Assembly (NCBI GenBank): GCA_016179765.1
Contig: JACPCL010000037.1
Coordinates: forward strand, 5,998 to 69,997
Source of the DNA: Chloroflexota bacterium
GTDB taxonomy: Bacteria; Chloroflexota; Dehalococcoidia; Lucifugimonadales; JACPCL1
DNA length: 64,000 bases
Direction of reading: 5' to 3'
The position numbers were made by a program, and so were the translations under genes. The notes beneath the pieces are model-generated. The model had not been told where the DNA came from and ran no database searches. It saw only the letters and a list, made by a program, of their open reading frames with translations. Positions 20,702-30,351 of the stretch are shown one piece after another. Position 1 is the stretch's first letter. Each line of letters opens with the position of its first letter.

Positions 20702-21354
20702 CCCTTTCGCCTGCCAGTCCCGTTCCCCACGCGGCTAGGCGCAGCGGGGGGCGGCAAGGCCGGATCGGCGCCAAGGCTGCGCAAGAGGGTGGCCTGAAGC
20801 TGGGGCGTCACACTGGTAAGGGTGTGCGGCTGCCCAGTGAGGAGCCAGCGCAGGATCACCTCGTGGATGGCCCCTACCCACATCTGTGCAACCAGGGTGG
20901 TGTCCTGGGACGGTATCTGGCCCGCCGCCACCGCGCCATCCAACTCCTGCTGGATAAGCAGGGAGAAACGTTCCCGCATGGGCAGAAACCTCTTATCCGT
21001 GGCCCGGCCATGGCCGATGATGTTCAGTAGCAGCACCTGGGCCACTCTACGCTGGCGGGCAAAGGTAGCGATGAGGGCCTCTATGCTGGCAGCCACCCGG
21101 TGGAGCGGCGTGGGCTGGCCCTCCACCGACTCCTGCACATTGTGGAGCAGCCTCTCGCTCATGCGCTGCACCAGGGCCTCCACCATCTTCTCCTTGCTGG
21201 GGAAGTGGAAGTAAAAGCTGCCCTTGGAAGCGCCGGCGCGCTCTATGATCTCCTGCACCCCCGCGCCGGAGTAGCCCTGCTGGGCAATCACCTCCGTCGC
21301 CGCATTCAGAATGCGGTCGTAGGTGGTCATTTCAGGGGGTGGGGCTTTGCTCAT
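20698..21354 (-). CDS. TetR/AcrR family regulator
   Basis: RILNAA...IIERAGASKGSFYFHFPSKE; 4-nt overlap with menF. Confidence 0.92.
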   Translation of the reverse strand: MSKAPPPEMTTYDRILNAATEVIAQQGYSGAGVQEIIERAGASKGSFYFHFPSKEKMVEALVQRMSERLLHNVQESVEGQPTPLHRVAASIEALIATFARQRRVAQVLLLNIIGHGRATDKRFLPMRERFSLLIQQELDGAVAAGQIPSQDTTLVAQMWVGAIHEVILRWLLTGQPHTLTSVTPQLQATLLRSLGADPALPPPAAPSRVGNGTGRRKG

Positions 21355-21360
21355 GGCAAA

Positions 21361-21411
21361 CAGACCAGTCAGTCTAGTATCCAGAATGCCAGAGGAAAAG
21401 GGAATTGTCAA
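21361..21411 (-). promoter_or_regulatory. Promoter plus probable TetR operator
   Basis: TTGACA-N17-CATTCT followed by TAGACTGACTGGTCTG (AGAC-N6-GTCT) just before the TetR start. Confidence 0.6.
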
Positions 21412-21747
21412 CGGCGTTCCGTTTGCTTGTGCGTGGTATTCATGTCCCCCGGTTAAAGTGGATGTTAGCCGAACCCAAACCTGGCGCTTTAGTAGGCTGC
21501 TGAAAAGGGGTGTCCAGAGGGGCGAAGCCCTCTGGCAGGGGTCTAGGGGTGTCCCCCAAATACAAATCAATCCCTGGAGAGGGAAGCCCCTCTGGGGCAT
21601 CTTTGATAGAAAGGGGATACCTTGAACCCCCTTGCGGGGGTTCGGGGGTATTTTTAACAGTCTGTTAGTGCCAGGGCACGGCCATGAACACCCATAAGCA
21701 AGCAGAACCCTTGTCCCCGCTCCTTTGACAAGGGAGCGGGGGATTTG

Positions 21748-21858
21748 TTCGGCGATTGACGCGCCCGCACGTACGCCTGCACCGGCGATTACCTGGCTGC
21801 CGACCCCACCTGCCCCTACCAGCCCCAGAATGCCATGGCCGCCACGGGCACGCGCTAA
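21748..21858 (+). pseudogene. 3' remnant of radical SAM/SPASM (AhbC/D, NirJ-like) gene
   Basis: FGD*RARTYACTGDYLAADPTCPYQP..* parallels [26 protein letters not shown] of the gene at 63078. Confidence 0.7.
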
Positions 21859-21960
21859 CGAGGCGAACCTTCCCTCGTCACGCCCCCCATACCCCCACCA
21901 TCTGATAAGGTATGCTATAGTTCAAGGCACGCCCCCACCCCAAGAACATCGGAGGATGCT

Positions 21961-23724
21961 ATGGACGGGAGTCAACTCCAGGGGCATCCATCCCCCAAAC
22001 CGGCGGTCACCGTGGCCATACGCAACATGGAGAACCAGTTGCTGCGTATGCGCCAGGGGGAGATCACCAACGACGAGTTCCGCCCCAACAGGACCATCCT
22101 TGGGGTTTACGGCCAGCGGCAGCCAGAGGAGTACATGATGCGGGTGCGGGTGCCCTTTGGCGGCCTCTCGCCCGCCCAGCTCCGCACGCTGGCAGAGATT
22201 GCGCGGGAGCATGGCAACGGCGCCGCTCACGTCACCACGCGTCAGAATGTGCAACTCCACTGGCTTAAGCTGGAGAAGATAGCGGACATCCTTTGGACGC
22301 TCCGAAACGCCGGCATGACGACCCTCCAGACGGGGGGCAACTCCGTGCGCACCGTAGCGGCCTGCCCCCTGGCCGGCGTCTGTCCCAAAGAGGCCTTTGA
22401 CGTCACCCCCTATGCTCAAGCCCTGGATGACCACTACCTGGGCAACCAGGAGGTCATGGCCTTGCCCCGCAAAGTAAAGATGGCCTTCTCCGGCTGCGCC
22501 CAGGACTGCGCCTACGCCGCCATCCAGGACTTTGGCGCCATAGCCCAGGTACAGGGAACGAACGGCGCAACCCGCAAAGGGTTCCGGGTCCTCGTGGGCG
22601 GCGGACTGGGCGTCTTTCCCCGCATGGCTCAAGTTCTGGAGGAGTTCCTGCCAGAAGAGAATCTCTACAGCGCCAGCGACGCCGTCATCCGGGTCTTTGA
22701 CAAGTTAGGCGACCGGCACAACAAGCAGAAGGCGCGGCTGAAGTTCGTCCTGGCCCGAAGGGGCATAGAGGAGTTCCGCAGCCTGGTGGCGGAGGAGCAG
22801 CAGAACCATGGAACCACCTCCAACGGGACGCAGAACCTTGATACTCACACTCCTCACCATGATCCCCCCTCTCCTCTCACCCAGCACCCCTCGGACACCC
22901 CCGTTCCTGATGATCCCAGCTACCACCAGTGGGTACGCTGGAATGCCTCCGCGCAGCGACAGACGCCCTTCGTGTCGGTGCTCATCCCCTTGCAGCTAGG
23001 CGACGTCACCTCCGCCCAGATGGAGGCCGTAGCAGGCCTGGCGGAGCGCCTGGGCGCAGCGGACGTCCGCACATCCCAACAGCAAGACCTGGTGTTGCGC
23101 AACGTCCCCGCCTCCGCCCTGCCGGAGGTGTACCAGACCCTCTCAGGGGAGGGACTGACGAGCCTGCGAGCCTGGGGAATTGCCAACGTCACCACCTGCC
23201 CCGGCGCCAGTGCGTGCAGCCTTGGCATCGTCAGCGCAAAGGCCCTGGCCGGGCAGCTATCCCAGATGCTCCAGGCCTCCGCCTACCAGGAGGACGAGGC
23301 GCTGGGGGGCCTGCGCATCAAAGTCAGCGGCTGCCCGGACTCCTGCGGCCACCACTATCTGGCCGACATTGGCCTGTACGGCTGCGCCCTGCACCAGGAG
23401 GGACGCCTGTATCCGGCGTACCAGATCCTCTTAGGAGGAGAGGTCACCCAGGAGGGCACGCGTTTCGCACGGCCAATAGCGAAGATACCAGCCCGTCTGG
23501 CGCCCCAGGTCGTCGCTTCCCTTTTGCAGACGTACCGCTCAGCCCGCAATCCTGAAGAAGGGTTCTCCGCCTTCGTGGACCGCATAGGAACTGAAACCCT
23601 TAGGCAGGCGCTAGCCGGATTCACCCGCGTACCTTCGCTAGACCAGGACCCTTCCTTTTACATGGACTGGGACGCCACCCAGATGTATATTCTCCAGCGA
23701 GGCGAAGGGGAGTGCGCGGTTTAG
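21961..23724 (+). CDS. Siroheme nitrite/sulfite reductase (ferredoxin-dependent type)
   Basis: TTRQNVQLH, LPRK.KMAFSGC, TCPGASAC, KVSGCPDSCG, C-terminal GEGECAV. Confidence 0.9.
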   Translation: MDGSQLQGHPSPKPAVTVAIRNMENQLLRMRQGEITNDEFRPNRTILGVYGQRQPEEYMMRVRVPFGGLSPAQLRTLAEIAREHGNGAAHVTTRQNVQLHWLKLEKIADILWTLRNAGMTTLQTGGNSVRTVAACPLAGVCPKEAFDVTPYAQALDDHYLGNQEVMALPRKVKMAFSGCAQDCAYAAIQDFGAIAQVQGTNGATRKGFRVLVGGGLGVFPRMAQVLEEFLPEENLYSASDAVIRVFDKLGDRHNKQKARLKFVLARRGIEEFRSLVAEEQQNHGTTSNGTQNLDTHTPHHDPPSPLTQHPSDTPVPDDPSYHQWVRWNASAQRQTPFVSVLIPLQLGDVTSAQMEAVAGLAERLGAADVRTSQQQDLVLRNVPASALPEVYQTLSGEGLTSLRAWGIANVTTCPGASACSLGIVSAKALAGQLSQMLQASAYQEDEALGGLRIKVSGCPDSCGHHYLADIGLYGCALHQEGRLYPAYQILLGGEVTQEGTRFARPIAKIPARLAPQVVASLLQTYRSARNPEEGFSAFVDRIGTETLRQALAGFTRVPSLDQDPSFYMDWDATQMYILQRGEGECAV

Positions 23725-23741
23725 GAAACTATGAGAGTCTC

Positions 23742-23802
23742 GTTGTGAGCGTCTGGGGCGTCCCGACAAGTCGGGACGCCCCAGACGCTCACAACTTTTT
23801 TC
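23742..23802 (+). terminator. Perfect 26-bp hairpin plus T-tract
   Basis: GTTGTGAGCGTCTGGGGCGTCCCGAC-aa-reverse complement, then TTTTTT. Confidence 0.75.
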
Positions 23803-23897
23803 GGCCCCCTTCGCCTGACGTTTGCCCCCGCCCAACGTTGGAGTAAATAAGGGGGCAAGCAGTATGCTATCATGCAAATTAGCGCGTAGGCCAACTG

Positions 23898-24479
23898 ATG
23901 TTCTTATGGCCTGAAGCTGAACGCACCGTCAGGACCGCATTGCTTTCCCGCGAACAAACGCAAGGCCCCTCTTCTACACGCTCGGCCATCGCCAATCTCT
24001 ACGAGACCCACTTTGAGCGCGTGGCCCGCTATATCAGTGTGCGCATTGGCAATTTTTCGGAGGCGCAAGACCTGGCGAGCGAGGTGTTCATACGCGCGCT
24101 GCGTTCCGCCGACTCCTACAAGGACGTGGGAGCGCCCCTGGAGGCCTGGCTCTTCAAGATTGCCCGCAACCTCTCCATTGACCACCTGCGGCAGAAGGCA
24201 CGGCGTCCCGTCCAGGTGCCGGTGGAGGCCCTCTTTTCCCTGGCCGCAGACACGGACGACCCCATAGATAGCCTGCACCACCAAGAGGAGGTCAAACGGC
24301 TCCATGACGCAGTCCAGCACCTCTCGGAGGCGCAGCGACAGGTGATAGCCTTGCGCTTCGGCGGTGAGATGTCCGCCGATGAGATTGCCCTGGTCATGGG
24401 CAAGAAGCCGGGAGCGGTGCGGGAGATGCAGAGCGCCGCCATTCGCAAGCTGCGCCAGCTATTAGGGGAGGAGACCTAA
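23898..24479 (+). CDS. ECF sigma-70 factor
   Basis: AQDLASEVF, AWLFKIARN..IDHLR, LSEAQRQVIALRF, EIA.VMGK. Confidence 0.93.
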   Translation: MFLWPEAERTVRTALLSREQTQGPSSTRSAIANLYETHFERVARYISVRIGNFSEAQDLASEVFIRALRSADSYKDVGAPLEAWLFKIARNLSIDHLRQKARRPVQVPVEALFSLAADTDDPIDSLHHQEEVKRLHDAVQHLSEAQRQVIALRFGGEMSADEIALVMGKKPGAVREMQSAAIRKLRQLLGEET

Positions 24480-24493
24480 GAGCGGATAGTGAC

Positions 24494-27196
24494 ATGGAGA
24501 ATAACCTGGAACAGCTTCTGGACGAGTGCATTGACCGCATCGCTTTCCGGGGCGAGGCGGTACAGGATTGCCTTGCCCGGCACCCGCAGCGCGCCGCAGA
24601 GCTGGAGCCGTACCTGCGCATCGTGACACGGTACGCCGCCGCCTTCCAGGAAACGCCCTCGGAAGCCGCCAAGGAGCTGGGTCGCCAGCGCCTCAAGGCG
24701 GAGCTGGACGCCCTGCGTGCGGCCGGGGCCAACGGCTCGCCGCAACCAGGCCAGCTTACGCCCCCTCCATCAACCCTTGCCAGCGCTGCCTCCTTTGACG
24801 AGGCGCTAGACCACAGCATCACCCGCATCCTCCGGGGCGAGCCTGTGGAGGCGTGCCTGGCCACCTACCCCGGCCACGCCGCAGCGCTGGCGCCCCACCT
24901 GCGCATCGCGGCCATGACGGTAGAGGCTGCTGCGGTGCAGGTAGACGCCAACGCCAAAGCCCAGGGCCGCCTCCGCCTGCAAGCCGAGCTGGCGGCCCTC
25001 CAGCGGGTACAGGTCTCTGTACCGGCGAGGCGAAACCCCTGGCCGTCCCTGGCCGTCCCTCTACAGCAGAGGTGGGCGGTGGCCAGCACCGCCGCTGCCT
25101 TCGCCCTGTTCCTCGGGGGCTTCGGCCTGGTATCCGCCTCGGATGACGCCCTGCCTGGGCAGCCCCTTTACCCGGTCAAACGCACCGCCGAGGAGGTGCG
25201 CCTGGTGCTGGACTTCTCGCCTGAGGCGAAAGCCCACCGCTACCTCTCCTACGCCGAGCGCCGGGGCCAGGAGATAAGCCTCCTGATCCAACAGGGAGAG
25301 CAAACAAAAGTCAGCGACCCCCAGGCAGCTCTGGTGAAACACATCGCCAGCGCGGCCACCATCGCTGCTGAGCTTGATAAGCCAGAGGCCGTTTCCAAGC
25401 TGCAAACGAGGTTTGAGCAGAACGCCTCCCAAATCTTGGCAGAACTCCAGACCTCCCTGCAAACCTCTCCGAAAGAGGCTAGGCAGACGGCCAGGGAGAG
25501 CTTCAAGTCTGTTGGACAGGCCTACAGCGAACGGATTCAGGATGTCGCCGCCAAGGCCCCAAAGGTCGTGACCTCCCCAGGCATCCTGCAGCTCCGGGCC
25601 ACGAACCCGCTTCCCCCGGGCATAGAAGCCATCCTCCTGAAGGTAAGCCGGATTGAGGCCCATAGGGCCGACTGGCCGGACGACCGCTGGATTGACGTCG
25701 CCACCTCCTCCCAGGAGCTTGACCTGCTGCGCCTGGGAGAGGTGCAGAGGTTTCTTGGGGAGTTGGAGGTGCCAGCGGGCGTCTACACCCAGCTACGCAT
25801 TGCCATTCAGGAGGCGACGGTGGTGGTAGGCGGCGTGGCCTACCCTGTCCAGGTCCCTGGGGAGACGCTGCATTTGACTCGCCCCTTCCGCGTGGAGGCG
25901 GGCAAGACCACCGTGGCCCTGCTGGACTTTGACGGCACGGCCTCCCTCCGCGCCACAGGAGTGGACAACTACATCCTGAACCCCCAGGTCCATCTCCTGG
26001 CCCGGGAGCCGCAAGAGACGCAGAAGAAGGGCAAGGAGACAGACACGCCGAACATCGCCGACAGCCGCCAGACGGTCGCCCCGGCCTCGGCTCCAGAGCA
26101 CCCTTCAACCCCTTCCAAACCCTCGCAGCGCCAGGAGAGCAAGGTGGAGGTGTTGGAGGTGGAGGGCGACATCAAGAAGGTGCTGGATGGCATCTTCCAG
26201 GTCGGCGATGCGAGCATCATCCTGCCTCCTGGCGCTGACGCCTTTACCTATGAGGTCGTGCTGCAAGAGGGGCAAAGGGTGAAGGTAGAGGTGGCCGTCC
26301 AGCCCGATGGCGCCTTCCTCGCCCAGGAGGTCAAGGCTGCCGGCAGCAAGGTCCTGGAAAGGCTAACGGACGACTCCTCGGGCCGGGCCACCCCCTCTCC
26401 TCGGGTCACGACCTTTCAAGGAATCCTGGAGACCATGGCCCCGCAAACCTGGAGCGTCGCCAGCCAAACGGTGCGCATCAGCCTGGATACGAAGATTAAC
26501 GGCATTGCCTTCGTTGGCGCCCGCATAGAAGTAAAAGGCATCCTCCAAATAGACGGCACGTTCCTTGCCAGAGAGATCACGGTCAAGTCAGCAACTCCAT
26601 CGCCAACCCCCGCAAGCGGCAAACGGGGTCAGGAGACGAATACGGACAAGGAAAGCCAGGAGGTGCAGGTCAAGGGCATCCTGAGGCTGGACAGCCCAGG
26701 GGTCTGGTCCGTAGACGGGCGAAGGGTCATCATCGGCGCCGACACGGAGGTCCGCGGCGCCATATCGGTGGGGCGAGAGGTGGAGGTGATGGGAAAAGAG
26801 CTGCCCGACGGCACAGTCAAGGCCGCCAGGGTAACATCCACCCGTAGCGCCCTTCTGCCTGGGAACGGGGCGTCCCCTACGCCTACCCCTAGCGTTGCCC
26901 GTCCGACGCCTGCCCTCACCCCAACGCCAACGCCTACGCCCCCTTCCACCATTCGGCCCAGGCGGACTCCCACCTCCACACCAGTGCGCCAGACGCCACA
27001 GGCGGAGGAAGCGAAGTTTGAAGGCGCCGTAGAGGTCATGATTGGAAGGCACCTGGTGATAAGCGGCCGCCGCGTGGAGGTTGCTTCCAACACCAGGATT
27101 GAAGGTATCATCGCCGTGGGCGTCAAGGTGAGAGTAGAAGGTGAGGTGGGCGCCAATGGTGTTATCATGGCTGTGCTCATACGAGTTATCACTTAG
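24494..27196 (+). CDS. Putative anti-sigma: duplicated N-terminal domain, TM, DUF5667, DUF4382, DUF5666 repeats
   Basis: LDEC..GEAVQDCLARHP..AAEL.PYL twice; ALPGQPLYPVKR; TTVALLDFDG; several xxG..VEV.G...DG...A..I units. Confidence 0.8.
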   Translation: MENNLEQLLDECIDRIAFRGEAVQDCLARHPQRAAELEPYLRIVTRYAAAFQETPSEAAKELGRQRLKAELDALRAAGANGSPQPGQLTPPPSTLASAASFDEALDHSITRILRGEPVEACLATYPGHAAALAPHLRIAAMTVEAAAVQVDANAKAQGRLRLQAELAALQRVQVSVPARRNPWPSLAVPLQQRWAVASTAAAFALFLGGFGLVSASDDALPGQPLYPVKRTAEEVRLVLDFSPEAKAHRYLSYAERRGQEISLLIQQGEQTKVSDPQAALVKHIASAATIAAELDKPEAVSKLQTRFEQNASQILAELQTSLQTSPKEARQTARESFKSVGQAYSERIQDVAAKAPKVVTSPGILQLRATNPLPPGIEAILLKVSRIEAHRADWPDDRWIDVATSSQELDLLRLGEVQRFLGELEVPAGVYTQLRIAIQEATVVVGGVAYPVQVPGETLHLTRPFRVEAGKTTVALLDFDGTASLRATGVDNYILNPQVHLLAREPQETQKKGKETDTPNIADSRQTVAPASAPEHPSTPSKPSQRQESKVEVLEVEGDIKKVLDGIFQVGDASIILPPGADAFTYEVVLQEGQRVKVEVAVQPDGAFLAQEVKAAGSKVLERLTDDSSGRATPSPRVTTFQGILETMAPQTWSVASQTVRISLDTKINGIAFVGARIEVKGILQIDGTFLAREITVKSATPSPTPASGKRGQETNTDKESQEVQVKGILRLDSPGVWSVDGRRVIIGADTEVRGAISVGREVEVMGKELPDGTVKAARVTSTRSALLPGNGASPTPTPSVARPTPALTPTPTPTPPSTIRPRRTPTSTPVRQTPQAEEAKFEGAVEVMIGRHLVISGRRVEVASNTRIEGIIAVGVKVRVEGEVGANGVIMAVLIRVIT

Positions 27197-27284
27197 CATC
27201 ACCCCCTGAGCAAGGGTGAAGGCTGTACCTGCCTTCGCATCAATTGCCAGCGCCCTACCCTACTATTCCTCATCCTGGTGAGCG

Positions 27285-28319
27285 ATGAAAGCCCTTGTCC
27301 TGGAAACACCCGGTAACCCTCCCAGACTGGCCCTCAAGGAAGTCCCAGAGCCGGCCCTGGGCGAGGGTGACGTGCTATTGCGTGTGCTGGCCTGCGGCCT
27401 ATGCCACCACGACCTGCTGGCCATGACGGGTGTGCTCCGCCGGGGCATCCCTTCCCACGCCGTGCTGGGCCACGAGATATGCGGCGAAATTGTGAAGGTG
27501 GGCGCCGCCGTCAGCCGCGTACTTGTGGGCCAGAAGGTGGTGCCCCTGCTGACCAACGCTTGCGGGGAGTGCGACCGCTGCATCGCCGACCTGGAGCACC
27601 GCTGCCAGCGAGGCCAGGGCATAGGCCACGGCCTTCCAGGCGGCTTTGCCCAGTACACATGCGTGCGGGATACGGCCCTGGTCACCGTGCCGCCGGATAT
27701 GCCGCCAGAGCAGGCGTGCCTGCTGGCCTGCCCCATTGGCGTGGCCCTGCAAGCCGCTCAGAACGTGGCGGGCCTGAAGGCTGGGGAGACGGCGGTGGTG
27801 ACGGGGGCCAGCGGCGGCCTGGGCGTCCACGCCCTGCAAATCGCCAAGGCCCTGGGAGCACGCACCATCGGCGTCACCTCCTCGGAAAACAAGCTGAACT
27901 CACTCATGGAGCTAGGCGTGGACAACGTTGCGCCGGTGGGCGAGCTGGACTTCAGCGAGATCGTCCTGGCCATGACAGGCGAGCGGGGTGCAGAGGTGGT
28001 CCTTGACACCGTTGGCTCCCCCCTCTTTGAATCCTCGGTGCGCTGCCTGGCTCAGTACGGGCGACTGCTGCTCCTGGGTGAAGTAGCCGGGGGCAAAGCC
28101 CAGGTCAACCTGGCGGAGCTTCTGTTCCGTGACGCCATTATCCGAGGCTCCACCGGCGTCCAGCGCCACGGCCTGGAACAGGCAGTGCGCATGGTCGCTC
28201 AGGGCCAGGTGAGGCCGGTGGTGCACGCCACCCTGCCCTTGCGGGACATCCTCATCGGCGTGGGCTGGATGCAGGAACGCAAGCTCTTCGGGCGCGTGGC
28301 GCTGCTGCCCAACGGCTAG
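27285..28319 (+). CDS. Zinc-binding alcohol dehydrogenase (MDR)
   Basis: CHHD, GHE, CGECDRC..C, GASGGLG. Confidence 0.92.
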   Translation: MKALVLETPGNPPRLALKEVPEPALGEGDVLLRVLACGLCHHDLLAMTGVLRRGIPSHAVLGHEICGEIVKVGAAVSRVLVGQKVVPLLTNACGECDRCIADLEHRCQRGQGIGHGLPGGFAQYTCVRDTALVTVPPDMPPEQACLLACPIGVALQAAQNVAGLKAGETAVVTGASGGLGVHALQIAKALGARTIGVTSSENKLNSLMELGVDNVAPVGELDFSEIVLAMTGERGAEVVLDTVGSPLFESSVRCLAQYGRLLLLGEVAGGKAQVNLAELLFRDAIIRGSTGVQRHGLEQAVRMVAQGQVRPVVHATLPLRDILIGVGWMQERKLFGRVALLPNG

Positions 28320-28346
28320 TGTCCCGTCCCTGAAGTTCAGTGATAA

Positions 28347-28478
28347 TGTCATTGCGAGGGCCGATGGTTCAAGGTTCTCATCACAGGCTCAGGAGGGCCG
28401 TGGCAATCTGGCGGCAGGGTCACCCCTCCTCCAGATTGCTTCGTCGCCCTTCCAGGGAAGGACTCCTCGCAACGACAA
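28347..28478. repeat. GTCATTGCGAG...CTCGCAACGAC palindromic repeat
   Basis: Same family as 9073-9285, with GGCAATCT / AGATTGCTTCG inner arms. Confidence 0.8.
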
Positions 28479-28587
28479 TTTGTAAACGTATTTCAAGGAC
28501 AACACACTAGGGGGGGTGCTCTGCGTCCCAAAAGCAAGAGCTGGCGGGCCCACCGCTGCAATCATCGGCAACAAAGAAAGGGGCTCA

Positions 28588-29235
28588 ATGAAGGCAACAC
28601 TCAAGGGTCAGCGCGGCTTCACCCTGGTGGAGATCATCATCGTCATCGTGGTGCTGGCAATCCTGGCGGCCATCGCCTTCCCCGCGGTCCGTGGCTTCGT
28701 AGCCTCTACTCGGACTCAGGGCAAAGAGAGCGACATCAGGACGGTGGAGAGCGGCGTCCAGCGCTACTTCGCCGAACACGAAAACACCCTCCCCATCAGC
28801 GGCTCTGCCAGCCCCACCAACTCTTTGACGGACGTTGACGGTGATGGCATCCTTAAAGTGAAGGTCAACACCATCGCCGACGATCCTCCAGGCTTCCCAG
28901 CCGACGGCGCGGTGGACGTCGTATGCGGCGACGGCGACGGCGCGATGCAAGACGCCCTTGCCCAGTGCTTCGGCGCCTTGGACTTCGCCGGCAAACTGGC
29001 GCCCAACTACGTGAAGGAGCCGCCCAAGCACGCTGCCGACGCCGTGACGGCCACCTCCGATGGCTCGGGCGCTACCGCTGACCTGAACTTCACCGGCGGC
29101 GACAGCGCCGGCGCCAGGATTGAGCTCTACCTAGACGCCAGCATCGCCGCCACCGACGGCCTGAGGGTCTGGAACGTGGACAAAGAGGCCAAGGTCATCG
29201 TCCTCAAGGGGGATGCTGACTACGGCAAGGCCTAG
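28588..29235 (+). CDS. Type IV pilin / pseudopilin
   Basis: Class III signal QRG-FTLVEIIIVIVVLAILAAIAFP; one Cys pair. Confidence 0.9.
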   Translation: MKATLKGQRGFTLVEIIIVIVVLAILAAIAFPAVRGFVASTRTQGKESDIRTVESGVQRYFAEHENTLPISGSASPTNSLTDVDGDGILKVKVNTIADDPPGFPADGAVDVVCGDGDGAMQDALAQCFGALDFAGKLAPNYVKEPPKHAADAVTATSDGSGATADLNFTGGDSAGARIELYLDASIAATDGLRVWNVDKEAKVIVLKGDADYGKA

Positions 29236-29302
29236 CACGCCCAGAACCTGGGCAGCCGTTTTCTTTGCTCTAGGCTGCGGTTGTATTTCCCCAAAAGCAA
29301 TG

Positions 29303-29346
29303 TGTGGGGATGTGTTTGCGGCAAAGCCGCAAACACATCCCCACAT
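29303..29346. repeat. Hairpin TGTGGGGATGTGTTTGCGGC-aaa-GCCGCAAACACATCCCCACA
   Basis: Perfect stem; related hairpin at about 36154-36192. Confidence 0.75.
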
Positions 29347-29508
29347 CTCTTTTACCTGTGTTGCCAGCTTAGCAGAGTGCTGAAAAACACCCCCAAACCC
29401 CCATCCCTTCACTTCCCCATTCGCTCCGCTCAGGGCTTCGGTTCACCAAGGGCAGGCTCCGGGGCTATCCCCCTCTGGACTCCCCTTTCTTCCGCAGCCG
29501 GCTTAGGC

Positions 29509-30102
29509 CTAGCCCACCAGATACAACGTGGGATAGATGAACACCCAGGCCACGTCCACAAAGTGCCAGTATTTCACCACGCCTTCTGCAGGCCAAAAGT
29601 TGCCTTTGCTGTAGCGTCCGTCCTTGCCCAAGCGGAACACCACCGCCAGAGCAATCAGGCCGGTGACCACGTGGAAGGCGTGGATGCCTGTAGTCGTAAA
29701 GAGAACGGTCCCGTATCCCGTATCGGGCGGGAAGTGCGAAAACGCCAGAGCCCACTCCACACCTACACCCACAATAAACAGGGCCCCCAGCAGAATGGTG
29801 AACAGCGTGTTCCTGCGGAAACCTGCCTGGTTACCGTGGACGGCGCTGGTCTCGGCACGGTAGGCGGTCAGACTGCTGAGCAGAAGGACTGACGTGAGGA
29901 CCAACCCCAGAGGCTGGCTCACCTCCTCCGGCGTGCGCACCCCTTGCAGGTAGTAGCGTGTGGAGAGGAGCACTCCGAAGAAAACAGAGTCGGACAAGAG
30001 GAACAGCCACAGGCCAAGGCGGTTGATGCCCAGCCGGCTCTTGTGGGGATGAGCGCGTTCCTCTCGATGACTTGGAGCGGGCGCACGGGCTGCGAAGGCC
30101 AT
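29509..30102 (-). CDS. ctaE: Heme-copper oxidase subunit III
   Basis: GLWLFLLSD, TGIHAFHV, YWHFVDVAWVFIYP. Confidence 0.92.
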   Translation of the reverse strand: MAFAARAPAPSHREERAHPHKSRLGINRLGLWLFLLSDSVFFGVLLSTRYYLQGVRTPEEVSQPLGLVLTSVLLLSSLTAYRAETSAVHGNQAGFRRNTLFTILLGALFIVGVGVEWALAFSHFPPDTGYGTVLFTTTGIHAFHVVTGLIALAVVFRLGKDGRYSKGNFWPAEGVVKYWHFVDVAWVFIYPTLYLVG

Positions 30103-30318
30103 CTACTCCTCCTCCTGGTGTTCTCGCCAAAGCTGGGTTACATGCATGAAGTAGTGGGCGATAACGCCTGCTTTGGCGAGCGCAAAGACAACCAAATACG
30201 CCACGTTGCCATGGGGCGCCACGACGGGCACCAAATACTCCACCGTCGTCAGCACCGCCAGGGCCAGTATTACCCACAACCCTCGGCGCAGGGCCGATGC
30301 GCGCCTTGCTGATTGCAT
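30103..30318 (-). CDS. Cytochrome c oxidase subunit IV family
   Basis: LAVLTTVEY..ALAKAGVIAHYFMH. Confidence 0.85.
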   Translation of the reverse strand: MQSARRASALRRGLWVILALAVLTTVEYLVPVVAPHGNVAYLVVFALAKAGVIAHYFMHVTQLWREHQEEE

Positions 30319-30351
30319 AGAGCTATCTCCTTCTGCTTCGTCCACGATACC

